From: Promethearchaeota archaeon
GTDB taxonomy: Archaea; Asgardarchaeota; Lokiarchaeia; Sigyniarchaeales; SOKP01
Length of the DNA: 45,400 nt
Direction of reading: 5' to 3'
Assembly: GCA_029838195.1 (NCBI GenBank)
Contig: JALGVJ010000041.1
Location: 1 to 45,400, forward strand
The notes under the pieces: generated by a model
What the model saw: the letters and a program-made list of their open reading frames with translations, nothing else
Database searches by the model: none
What the model was told of the DNA's origin: nothing
Shown: positions 1 to 11,800 of the stretch, piece by piece
Numbering within the stretch: the first letter of the stretch is position 1
Layout of the letters: the number at the start of each line of letters is the position of its first letter
Made by a program: the position numbers and the translations under genes

Positions 1-409
1 GGACGCAGAAAAGGCGGGGTTAATTTCCGAGAGAAAGTTTCGGAGCACCCCATCTTGTCCTAAAATCGGAATTGATTGCATCACGAGGAGCACTTCTAAA
101 ACGTTTTAGAAAGAAAGAGTGAGAAGTCTACCTCCCGGCGTGTTTATATCGCATGGGTGAGGCAAGACTTCTCATGGGTTAACATGTTACGGAGATATTA
201 TCTTCGACCTTTAATAAACCCGTGTAATATCGGCGTGATACGTGCAGGACATTGTTATTCCTAAGGCGCACCTTCCCTTGGCTTGCGAGCAAGAACGTGA
301 ATTTTCCTTTTTTCCTTCCATTTCCGAGAAGTTGAGATGTTCATTCATCTAAGAGATTTCCCAAATTGCCTCATCATGCCAAGAAAAAAAGTTTTAACTT
401 TAAGGAAAA

Positions 410-1662
410 TTATAAATTTACAAAACTTAAGTTAATTATTTTTTTTAACTCCGAGAAAAAAACACTAATATCTTGTGAAAAATCTGACTCTAAAATGGAG
501 ATAAGTAGATTGATTTTTTTATTTAATTTATTTTGATCAAGTTCCCTTTCTATGATGAACAAGTCTCTATCCTTATAAATTTCGCTAAAGCTTGGTCCAG
601 TAGAACCAAAATATTTTTCTGGTTTAGGAAAATTTTCATTGTGAAAATCACATTTATGAAAAGATATTTGTGCAATCCTTATTCCGGGAAACAAGCTTAT
701 AGGAACTTCTCCAACATTAGTCAGCTCTAATCCAGGATTAATAATAGTATTTTTAATATCTTCAATTAAATATTTTACCCTTAGATAAGTAGGAGAATGT
801 TCTTTACCTCCCGTGGATTGTGTGAGAGAGAAAGCTTCGACAGTAGCAAAGAAAAAAGCTAAACCGAAAATTTTTAAGCCAATTATATCAGATACTATTT
901 CTTTCATCCAAGATATAATTTTATCATACACCCATTTGTGAAATTCTTCTAATAAAAAATCCGTATATTCCAAATCTTTATCATATGTTCTTTCTCTATC
1001 AAATTTTTCTTTAATAAGAGAGTCTATCTTCTCTTTAGTTAAAATTCTCTGTTCAATCATTAAATTTATTAAATCTACGCTTAATTTCAATTTTTCTTCA
1101 ATATAATGCCCAATTTCATGTCCTAAAATTGAGTTATTTAGAATTTCATTCTGATTAAATGAAGGAATTTGCAATAATAAAAAATCTATAACATGTTTCT
1201 CATTAAGAACTTTAGTAAACTTGTTTAAATTAGTAGATATATCCAAATAACCATAATTTACACTAAATTTAGGAAAAATAATAAAACGGGAATCCTCTGA
1301 AACTTTCTTGGTAAACTTTTCAATAATAAGAAAAATTCCTTGGTTTATTTTTATATTTTCTGAAGTTTTTAAAACAGATAAATAATCATTAAAAAGCTTG
1401 AAATAAGGTAAATACCAGGAAATTTTTTTATTAATTTCGTCGTGTAAATTTTTGATTCTTTAATGTTATTTGAGGATAATCTATTAAATAGTTCCTCGCA
1501 TTCATTTAAAATTTTTTTTTGAAACTTCTTATTAAATGTTTTTAATTTAGATATCAATTTATATTGATCTTCAGTAAAATAAGAATAACTCAATAAATCT
1601 TCTATTAAAACTCTTAATTTATAAAAATAAAAATTAATAGAATCAATTATCTGATGAATCAT
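410..1662 (-). pseudogene. Frameshifted HExxH (zincin-like) protein fused in frame to the C-terminal part of a dCTP deaminase
   Basis: ORFs 1369..1662 and 410..1246 join if one A is added to the A7 run at ~1423-1429; the second frame is open from ~1420 (ISWYLPYFKLFNDY...). Motifs HEIGH, E..SD, HSP..LR. The tail LELTNVGEVPISLFPGIRIAQISF...KYFGSTGPSFS resembles the Dcd C-terminus. Confidence 0.6.
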
Positions 1663-1664
1663 TG

Positions 1665-2126
1665 TTAAATTTCAAGGGGAGAATTATCATTATTCAAGAG
1701 GGCTTTTGCTTTTTCAAGTAAAAGAATTCTTATTGAATCATAAAGCTTGATAGATTCTGACACCTCTTGATTGCTGATTTTTCCTTTTTCAAGTAATAAT
1801 TTTTCAAGTTCATTTTTACAATCATTTAGAATTTTAGAAAGTTCATTCAATTTAAAAGATGGTTTTCTATTTTTTAAAGCTTCAAAAGCAATTTTAAAAG
1901 CATTTAAGGAATCTTCAAGATCTTCCACGGGAATTTCTTCTGAGAGAAATTTAAACCCGTCCTGAATTAATCTAAGAAATTTAATGGCATCATTAAGAAT
2001 TTGCTGATCTTTTTTCTCAATCTTCATATCTTCTTTCTTTAATAAGGAAATAATATCATTTACGAAAAATCCATTTGCTACTATCGAATTTAACTCTATA
2101 AAGTTTTTAAAAATCATAAAAATCAT
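1665..2126 (-). CDS. Hypothetical helical protein (153 aa), first gene of a putative operon with the HExxH gene
   Basis: Clean ORF ending 2 nt before the next start at 1662; no recognisable motif. Confidence 0.6.
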   Translation of the reverse strand: MIFMIFKNFIELNSIVANGFFVNDIISLLKKEDMKIEKKDQQILNDAIKFLRLIQDGFKFLSEEIPVEDLEDSLNAFKIAFEALKNRKPSFKLNELSKILNDCKNELEKLLLEKGKISNQEVSESIKLYDSIRILLLEKAKALLNNDNSPLEI

Positions 2127-2339
2127 CTTTCTGGTTTATAGCTTTATTTTTATTATTTTTAAAATGATAATTCTTCAAATCTAAATATTAATATACAATA
2201 CTTCTTATTAAATTATGATTTTATTTACATTAAGTCACTTTTGTAGAATGGATTTGTTTTAATATAATAATTAATAAATGGATATTCTTGAAAATGTGCC
2301 CCTTTTTAATACAAGCATTTTGAGTTTAATTATTGTTTA

Positions 2340-3057
2340 TTATACAACTTGCTTCCACAGTCCATAATCCATTATTTGAAAAGTCGCTTCTTTCATTAAA
2401 ATAGACCCCGGAGACCAAAATAACCCATGCGATTTTAATTTCCTTCCTGCCTCTTTTTCTTCCCAATCTCTTCCTACTACAGGTTCTATGAGTCCTTTCA
2501 TCTTCAGATCTTTATTAACTTTAATATGAGCCCAGACATGATCATTTTCTTTGAAATTAATTCTAGGTTCAAATCATGCTAGAGAATCTCTTTCTCCAAC
2601 TTTAGCATAAACATCGGAGTCGATTTTTTTCTGATTTCTTTTATCTGGAAGTTTTTGCTTGATCGCATGCACACTTGTTAACAACATTATTCTGGAAGGC
2701 ACGTGGCGTATTTCGGAATATGTTCCCAGTCCTCTCGTAAGTTGATCGATTTCTTCTTTGCTTTTTTCTACATTTTTTGTTTCAATCTGAAAACTTGCAT
2801 AAAAATCGTACTTCAATTTATCCCCCCTCACCATTCAAAAGATTTTGAAGATATTTATTAATATCAGATTCACGTGGCGTTATTGTATCTCTTTCTGAAT
2901 CAAATTCTCGCCAAACTTTAAGTTCATAATTACTTGTTTTATTGTCTAAAATTTTTTTCCAAGGAATTTTAAGTTTATTATCTTTGTTGGAGCCTTTTAA
3001 AGCCTGTTTTAAATTATCTAAAAATTTCTCTCTTGGAAATCTTATATTTTGTATCAA
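2340..3057 (-). pseudogene. Disrupted hypothetical protein
   Basis: ORFs 2818..3057 and 2574..2834 join by removing one G from the G6 run near 2825. The frame continues past TGA 2574-2576 for 77 more codons (FEPRINFKENDHVWAH...WKQVV) to TAA at 2340. Confidence 0.5.
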
Positions 3058-3290
3058 TAATCACTTTCTCTTTCTCATTATTAATAATAATGTCCTGTTT
3101 CATCTCATAGAGCTGTTTAGGGAGATCTTCTTTATATATTAGATGACCTATGGTTGCCTGTGGTTTTATATTAATTGCAGAGGGAGCGGGAAATAGTTTT
3201 TCATAAATTTTTATCATATGATTTGCAATAAACTGCTCAAATATCTAACAAGTCCATGGGGAGGAATAATGAAAAAACTCAAATTTCGAC
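3014..3290 (-). pseudogene. mcrC: McrC-family restriction endonuclease remnant
   Basis: SLFLPMDLL / (frameshift) FEQFIANH ... KQDIIINNEKEKVIIDTKYK matches the McrC FPM..LFE and PD...IIDTKYK motifs; truncated at both ends. Confidence 0.6.
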
Positions 3291-3914
3291 TTATTCATGA
3301 AAATCGGACTAATTGTTAAGTTTTTTTATATAATTTGGCCTCATAGTGGGAAAATTATAAATACTTATACTTCCTTCGATTTGAGAATAATGTAAAAAAA
3401 CATCTTTATTTACAAAAAATATAATAATTAATCTTATTTTCATGAAAAACAAAAATAATTCGTTAACGCAATTGCGCTGAAAAATGCGAGAATAAAGAAA
3501 CAGTCTTTTTGGATTAAATAGAAGAAATTATAAGTGGTTCAATAAAAAATAAGTGGAAAATATTAGGCGAATTATCCTCTCTATAAAATATTTTTTCTCT
3601 CAATAATCTAAAATCCTAAAACATAAATTGAGGTGCTACTTCTCTCTATTCGGAATTCTTTTCTAATGTTTAACCGAGCCCGAAATACGATACAGATAAT
3701 TATTATTTTCTAATTTCTATTGCATTCTCTTAAACCCGCCATGAATAATTACCATAATTAATTAGATTCCTCGTCAAAACGTATATTCCTCGTTTACAGC
3801 ACTAAATAAAAAATTTATTATTTTTTGAACCTTTTTTAAACTTAATTTTTAATGAGCTTGATGAAATATCAAATAAAAGAAAAGAAATAAGAAAAAGAAA
3901 ATGAGGATAAAAAC

Positions 3915-5114
3915 ATGACCGAAAAAAAAGAAATCGTAATTTGTTATGCTAAACGAACTGCAATTGGCACGTTTGGAGGGTCCTTACTGCCCTATAACGC
4001 AAGCCAATTACTAAGCTTTGTAATTAAAGATTGCATCCAAGCCACCGGTATTGACCCTTCAATCATCGCTGATGTTAAAGCAGGTTGTTGCATGGAACCT
4101 CAAGAGGAAATGAATGTCGCTCGTGTTGCTGCTCTGCTCGCTGGCATCCCCCACGAAGTACCAGCAATGACCATTAATCGTGTATGCACCTCTGCAATGG
4201 AAGCTGTTCGGTGCGCAATCTTAGACATTCAAATGGGTTATGGCGACGTGATTCTTGCCGGAGGCACTGAAAGCATGAGCAACGTATCTTACTACATTCC
4301 CTCCGCCCGATTTGGCGCCCGACTAAGAAATCAAGAAATGAAATGCGGCATAATGGAAGGACTACATGCAGGAAGTAAAATATTCGCCCCCCCTGGATAT
4401 ATAATGGGCCTTACCGCTGAATATATCGCTGAAAAATACGGTATCACGCGAAAAATGCAAGACGAAGCCGCTCTACGCTCTCATAATAACGCTGAAAAAG
4501 CTACAACCAACGGCAGGTTCAAGGACGAAATCCTGCCCGTCGAAGTAAAAACCCGAAAAAAAACCTATATATTCGATAAAGACGAACATTTTAGACCTGG
4601 CCTTACCATGCAAGACTTAGAAAGATTACCACCCGTCTTTAAAAAAGATGGCACCGTCACGGCCGGAAACTCCTCAGGTATAAACGATGGCGCCTGCATC
4701 CTGCTCCTAACCACATTGGACAAAGCTCAAGACCTCGGCTTGACCCCCCTCGTTAAAATTAAAACCATCTCCAAAATCGGAAATGACCCCAAATTCATGG
4801 GAATGGGGCCCATGTACTCCGCACCCCTCGCCCTCAAACAAGCCAACTTGGAATACAAGGATGTCGACTTGGTAGAATGCAATGAAGCCTTCGCTGCTCA
4901 ATACGTCGCTGTCGCCCAACAACTCAATTGGGACTTCGATAAAACTAACGTTAACGGCTCCGGAATAGGCCTCGGACACCCCGTCGGCTGCACTGGAGCC
5001 CGCATCATCGTGACCCTCATCCACGAGATGAAAAAACGAGACGCCTCCTACGGCCTCGCCACCCTCTGCGGCGGCGGTGGCGTATCTGAAGCCACCATCA
5101 TCGAGAATATTTAA
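3915..5114 (+). CDS. Acetyl-CoA C-acetyltransferase (thiolase)
   Basis: NRVCTSAM catalytic Cys, NEAFA, GHPVGCTG and CGGGG motifs; 399 aa; GAGG RBS upstream. Confidence 0.96.
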   Translation: MTEKKEIVICYAKRTAIGTFGGSLLPYNASQLLSFVIKDCIQATGIDPSIIADVKAGCCMEPQEEMNVARVAALLAGIPHEVPAMTINRVCTSAMEAVRCAILDIQMGYGDVILAGGTESMSNVSYYIPSARFGARLRNQEMKCGIMEGLHAGSKIFAPPGYIMGLTAEYIAEKYGITRKMQDEAALRSHNNAEKATTNGRFKDEILPVEVKTRKKTYIFDKDEHFRPGLTMQDLERLPPVFKKDGTVTAGNSSGINDGACILLLTTLDKAQDLGLTPLVKIKTISKIGNDPKFMGMGPMYSAPLALKQANLEYKDVDLVECNEAFAAQYVAVAQQLNWDFDKTNVNGSGIGLGHPVGCTGARIIVTLIHEMKKRDASYGLATLCGGGGVSEATIIENI

Positions 5115-5306
5115 TTCCCTCTATTTACTATACTTATTTTTCTATTTTTACCCCCCATTCTTCAGCATTTATTCATTTAACTTCTATTTTTTTCCTTTTA
5201 AAGCTCGAAATCACGAACTTTTCTTTACCCTTTTAAATGCCGGAGAGAGATTTAAAAGATTATTATTTTATCAATTTCATCCTTTTTCCCATTCCTCACT
5301 TGAAGC

Positions 5307-5894
5307 AAGCTCCTCAATTCACCTCCCATTATTTAAGAAACATTTATCCCCCATTTCATATTTAAAGCTTTTAAATATTTTCGAGCATCGCTTCTCCCCC
5401 ATTTATAAAGGAAAAAAATCATTAAATAAATCTCCTTGCTACCATTATAAAAATTCGAAAAATCAAAATTAAAGCCTAGTTGATCGAACGATCTTTCGTT
5501 AAATTAATGCCGCACGCCCATCGGGATGCTCATGGTAAATTTCTAAAATGGGCGATTCTCCTCCCTGAATTGATTCCCTTTCAACCTTCTTTCATGAAAA
5601 CAAGGTCCGTGCTCTGTTTTCCACGAGGCAATTTTCGTCGAGCTTCATTTATAAATTAATCGATCGATCGATGATGCTCGACACTCCCATAAAAAAATCA
5701 GGATCGAATATACATGAGATGAGACCAAGTACACCCAAATTAAGTTACGTACTAACAAATCGAGGGAAAGTCCGATATGTTTCCTTGATATGAAGCGTAA
5801 ATAATTAATTTTTACTCGGGAAAAGAGCGATCTTGAGAGATCAAGGGTAAAGTTTATATAGGAGATTTATATTATATATTATAAATATATAATA
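5307..5894 (+). promoter_or_regulatory. CRISPR leader 1, with TATA box TTTATATA at 5853-5860
   Basis: Non-coding, abuts the first repeat, homologous to 44472-45059 upstream of array 2. Confidence 0.88.
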
Positions 5895-8800
5895 GTCGCA
5901 AAGGAACAAGCTTCAAATAGAAGATTGAAACCATTTTATTATTGATTTTAATAATTTTATATTTCGATGTCGCAAAGGAACAAGCTTCAAATAGAAGATT
6001 GAAACTTTGTGGAGGGTCTACTGGTAGTTCAGGAAGTAACGTAATGTCGCAAAGGAACAAGCTTCAAATAGAAGATTGAAACCGAATTTTATGAACATTT
6101 TAAATGTCTCGCGGAAATGTCGCAAAGGAACAAGCTTCAAATAGAAGATTGAAACAGATCATTAAGCCCGCTTATGACATTCAAGAAATAATCGTCGCAA
6201 AGGAACAAGCTTCAAATAGAAGATTGAAACAGGTTAGGTTTATTAGCACTTAGTATTTGCCATTTAAGTCGCAAAGGAACAAGCTTCAAATAGAAGATTG
6301 AAACATGTTTTTGGTTTTGGGGGGACTGTTCCATCTTCATTGTCGCAAAGGAACAAGCTTCAAATAGAAGATTGAAACATTCCTTGATGGTTATTATTCC
6401 TTTTTGTATCCGTAATGTCGCAAAGGAACAAGCTTCAAATAGAAGATTGAAACGCAAGTTTTTCCATGATTATTTTTTTATCTTCTTGAGAGGTCGCAAA
6501 GGAACAAGCTTCAAATAGAAGATTGAAACATTAACTAAAGGGGTTGGGATTATTTAATATTGATTAGTCGCAAAGGAACAAGCTTCAAATAGAAGATTGA
6601 AACATTGCCGAAAAATCATGACCAATTAGATTTTTTTCCGTCGCAAAGGAACAAGCTTCAAATAGAAGATTGAAACAAAATCACGTCCGTGAGGCATGAG
6701 CTAAAGCCCGTGCGGGTCGCAAAGGAACAAGCTTCAAATAGAAGATTGAAACTTTCTTTATCGTTCAATGTAAGGTTAATAAGCCTTACAGTCGCAAAGG
6801 AACAAGCTTCAAATAGAAGATTGAAACCCCTTTATTGGTAAATAATACGATTCCCACGAGCTTGCGTCGCAAAGGAACAAGCTTCAAATAGAAGATTGAA
6901 ACTTAATGATCAGAACATCCCCGTGATTTATCATCATAGAGTCGCAAAGGAACAAGCTTCAAATAGAAGATTGAAACTATAAGGTAATATTTGAATAAAA
7001 TTCGGATCATTTTTTTTGTCGCAAAGGAACAAGCTTCAAATAGAAGATTGAAACAAATTTATTAATACCAATAGTTGAATTATTATAATACCGTCGCAAA
7101 GGAACAAGCTTCAAATAGAAGATTGAAACATTTTCCCGCCATTTCCATCATCGATTTTTATTATTCCTGTCGCAAAGGAACAAGCTTCAAATAGAAGATT
7201 GAAACCGTGAGATCTTATTTGCGGAGTAGAGGCTTTAAGAACGGTCGCAAAGGAACAAGCTTCAAATAGAAGATTGAAACTTGGAACTACTATTTTGATG
7301 AAGGGGAAAAAGATGAATGTCGCAAAGGAACAAGCTTCAAATAGAAGATTGAAACGAACAGTCGACAACACATTTGACGGCTTTAGAAAAATAGTCGCAA
7401 AGGAACAAGCTTCAAATAGAAGATTGAAACCATAGTTCTACTTGTTTTTTCAAATTTTCGATGTTTACGTCGCAAAGGAACAAGCTTCAAATAGAAGATT
7501 GAAACACTACGCTAGAATGACAGTAGTCCAGCCCTACTGTTCGTCGCAAAGGAACAAGCTTCAAATAGAAGATTGAAACACAAAAAAGTACCAAAGCCTA
7601 TCATTATTTTTTTTAGGTGTCGCAAAGGAACAAGCTTCAAATAGAAGATTGAAACCTGGCCATAATCAATAGTAAGAATAATAAGGAATCTAATGTCGCA
7701 AAGGAACAAGCTTCAAATAGAAGATTGAAACGGCTCCTCGTCGCATGACGGGGCACGTGACATTTCGGACGTCGCAAAGGAACAAGCTTCAAATAGAAGA
7801 TTGAAACAATAAATTAGTAAATTAATTTTTTTTTAATTTCTTTTGTCGCAAAGGAACAAGCTTCAAATAGAAGATTGAAACCCTGCTCGGCTGGACGGAA
7901 CGCAGGAAGCAGGTTGCGTCGCAAAGGAACAAGCTTCAAATAGAAGATTGAAACTTTATGATTTTTTCTATTTCTCGTGCTAAAATCAATGGTCGCAAAG
8001 GAACAAGCTTCAAATAGAAGATTGAAACAAGATAGGGTTGAGGAGCTCAAAAAAGAGGAAGAGCGGTCGCAAAGGAACAAGCTTCAAATAGAAGATTGAA
8101 ACCTACTAATATCTGGAACGTTAAATTTTCCTTCCTTATCGTCGCAAAGGAACAAGCTTCAAATAGAAGATTGAAACAATTGCGGACATTACCGAAATGC
8201 CTAGTCCAACGGGAACGTCGCAAAGGAACAAGCTTCAAATAGAAGATTGAAACATGATACTATTTATGATGTAAATGACATAGTCTACATTGTCGCAAAG
8301 GAACAAGCTTCAAATAGAAGATTGAAACAATCGTTTCCTGTAAAATTCGTTATCCTCCGCCATCCGGTCGCAAAGGAACAAGCTTCAAATAGAAGATTGA
8401 AACTTGCTACAACCACTGATGCAATTAACCGAATGATCACTCCGTCGCAAAGGAACAAGCTTCAAATAGAAGATTGAAACCATACCAAAGACAAAAATAT
8501 ATTAAATTTCCATCCTAGTCGCAAAGGAACAAGCTTCAAATAGAAGATTGAAACAGCTCGAAACTCGCTGGGTCAGACATGTCGTCAATTAAAGTCGCAA
8601 AGGAACAAGCTTCAAATAGAAGATTGAAACAACCAAAACCAGCCCATCATCTGGGCTGGGTTGTATCCTGTCGCAAAGGAACAAGCTTCAAATAGAAGAT
8701 TGAAACTGTTTTCTAATGTTCCATAATTTTCTTGGTAACCATGATGTCGCAAAGGAACAAGCTTCAAATAGAAGATTGAAACGTGTCAAATAGTGGGAGA

Positions 8801-11800
8801 TCATCATAAACACTGATTTCCGTCGCAAAGGAACAAGCTTCAAATAGAAGATTGAAACCCGTCTGCGTGTGCTTTCCACCGACGATCTTCCAGAGGTCGC
8901 AAAGGAACAAGCTTCAAATAGAAGATTGAAACAAGAAATTTCAACGGGGAATCTATTATGCCGTTGAGATGTCGCAAAGGAACAAGCTTCAAATAGAAGA
9001 TTGAAACTTCACGTTTCTCGGGAGCTCGTTCCATTATCGCTCGCTTTGTCGCAAAGGAACAAGCTTCAAATAGAAGATTGAAACAAACTCTTTTTCATAA
9101 TTACTCATTCAATCACCTTTTCGTCGCAAAGGAACAAGCTTCAAATAGAAGATTGAAACTTTTTTGTTTAGGCATTATTTACCCTCCTTATCTTAGAGTC
9201 GCAAAGGAACAAGCTTCAAATAGAAGATTGAAACTCGAGGGATTTTACTTCCAATGACCCCTCCCTCCCCCCCGTCGCAAAGGAACAAGCTTCAAATAGA
9301 AGATTGAAACAAAAGCCTTAGAGATTCTCCGACGTGTGAAATGAACTCGTCGCAAAGGAACAAGCTTCAAATAGAAGATTGAAACTGATTAAGTATGAAA
9401 TTCATTATTTTTTCATTTTTAAGTGTCGCAAAGGAACAAGCTTCAAATAGAAGATTGAAACATTATCTCCTTGGTTTTCTCGTCCAGATCCCTCCACATG
9501 TCGCAAAGGAACAAGCTTCAAATAGAAGATTGAAACTAGAAGCATGATATTCCGCTATTTGTGATTCTTGAGTAGTCGCAAAGGAACAAGCTTCAAATAG
9601 AAGATTGAAACAAAATGCAAGGACAGGAATACAAACCGTTTTCCAATGTCGCAAAGGAACAAGCTTCAAATAGAAGATTGAAACCATTTCGAATCCCGAA
9701 AGAAAAGCTAATCGAATTTCTTTTAGAAGTCGCAAAGGAACAAGCTTCAAATAGAAGATTGAAACTTCCAAACCTCAACTTCTATGGGGAGGTCACGTTG
9801 AGCGTCGCAAAGGAACAAGCTTCAAATAGAAGATTGAAACTTTCAATACTATGGGGAGTTGAGTACACGCAAACAATGTCGCAAAGGAACAAGCTTCAAA
9901 TAGAAGATTGAAACAAAAAGGAACTGAAATATTTATATGATAATAATTATTGTCGCAAAGGAACAAGCTTCAAATAGAAGATTGAAACTGTTACATGCAT
10001 TGCCCCCCAGGAAATGGGGATTATAGTGTCGCAAAGGAACAAGCTTCAAATAGAAGATTGAAACCATCCTCCCCTTCAATATCAATCCTTTCATATCCAT
10101 GTCGCAAAGGAACAAGCTTCAAATAGAAGATTGAAACTTTTCTACTTTATTTTTAAAAGACAAATATTTAAATAAACGTCGCAAAGGAACAAGCTTCAAA
10201 TAGAAGATTGAAACCGCTCCGCACGCTCGATGTGCTTGATTAATGTACTCCGCCGTCGCAAAGGAACAAGCTTCAAATAGAAGATTGAAACCATTACTAT
10301 TCCTGGACATTTTAATGACTATGACATGGTAATAGTCGCAAAGGAACAAGCTTCAAATAGAAGATTGAAACATCTATATGAGTATGAATATGAGCCTCCG
10401 CCATTACCAGAGTCGCAAAGGAACAAGCTTCAAATAGAAGATTGAAACAATTTTTCTTTTCGATTCATTTTTACATCATTTTTAATTGTCGCAAAGGAAC
10501 AAGCTTCAAATAGAAGATTGAAACACCGTAAACGCAAATGCTAAACCCTTGTTAAATCGCCTTAGTCGCAAAGGAACAAGCTTCAAATAGAAGATTGAAA
10601 CAAAAATCTAATTATTGATTGATCAAACTTGTTGTTGTGTCGCAAAGGAACAAGCTTCAAATAGAAGATTGAAACAATACGTCGAGATTTTCAGCTGATA
10701 TGCAGGAAATGTGTCGCAAAGGAACAAGCTTCAAATAGAAGATTGAAACTTTTTTTTATGATGTTTTAGCCGTGTTCTTTTCAATCGTCGCAAAGGAACA
10801 AGCTTCAAATAGAAGATTGAAACTTTAGGTGTTTCAGTAAATTTGCTCATGAATTCATCAGTGTCGCAAAGGAACAAGCTTCAAATAGAAGATTGAAACA
10901 CCGTCCATTCCTTTCCGCCAAAAAGCATGGCTTTTGTGTCGCAAAGGAACAAGCTTCAAATAGAAGATTGAAACTAAAGCAATTGAAGGGGTTTGTTTTG
11001 CGTTTCCTCCCAAAGTCGCAAAGGAACAAGCTTCAAATAGAAGATTGAAACAATTGGGCATATTTATCAGTTTCTAAATCGCTAAATAAAGTCGCAAAGG
11101 AACAAGCTTCAAATAGAAGATTGAAACAGACAGGCTCAAGGAATGCGAGCTCTACCTGGCCATGTCGCAAAGGAACAAGCTTCAAATAGAAGATTGAAAC
11201 CACCAAAAACCGCCCTTGGACGTGGAATCCACCCAGGTCGCAAAGGAACAAGCTTCAAATAGAAGATTGAAACATTTGCTCTATATTTCCCGCATAAATA
11301 TCTTTACCGCAGTCGCAAAGGAACAAGCTTCAAATAGAAGATTGAAACAGAAACTTTCCGTCAAGATTATCCTTCCGTTATAATTGTCGCAAAGGAACAA
11401 GCTTCAAATAGAAGATTGAAACATCTCCCACAGTACTCTGTCATTGTATTCCATAGATAAGTCGCAAAGGAACAAGCTTCAAATAGAAGATTGAAACTAA
11501 TGCTGGAATTCAGCGAGAATCGTGTTGGAGCCGATCAACAGTCGCAAAGGAACAAGCTTCAAATAGAAGATTGAAACATTTTTTTTTGAAACTCTTCTTT
11601 TTCCATTTTTAATCGTCGCAAAGGAACAAGCTTCAAATAGAAGATTGAAACATTTTTTTTTGAAACTCTTCTTTTTCCATTTTTAATCGTCGCAAAGGAA
11701 CAAGCTTCAAATAGAAGATTGAAACCGAACATCTTGAACTTCTTGACTTCCAAAATCGTTTTGTCGCAAAGGAACAAGCTTCAAATAGAAGATTGAAATA

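Noticed and set aside
1-409. Higher-GC left edge as a gene or IS fragment
   Set aside because: No sustained ORF, terminal repeat or RNA motif that I can support
4707-5024. 105-aa antisense ORF within thiolase
   Set aside because: Shadow ORF favoured by the C-ending codon bias
5077-5472. 131-aa Phe/Leu-rich ORF
   Set aside because: Low-complexity G-poor intergenic and leader sequence overlapping the thiolase end
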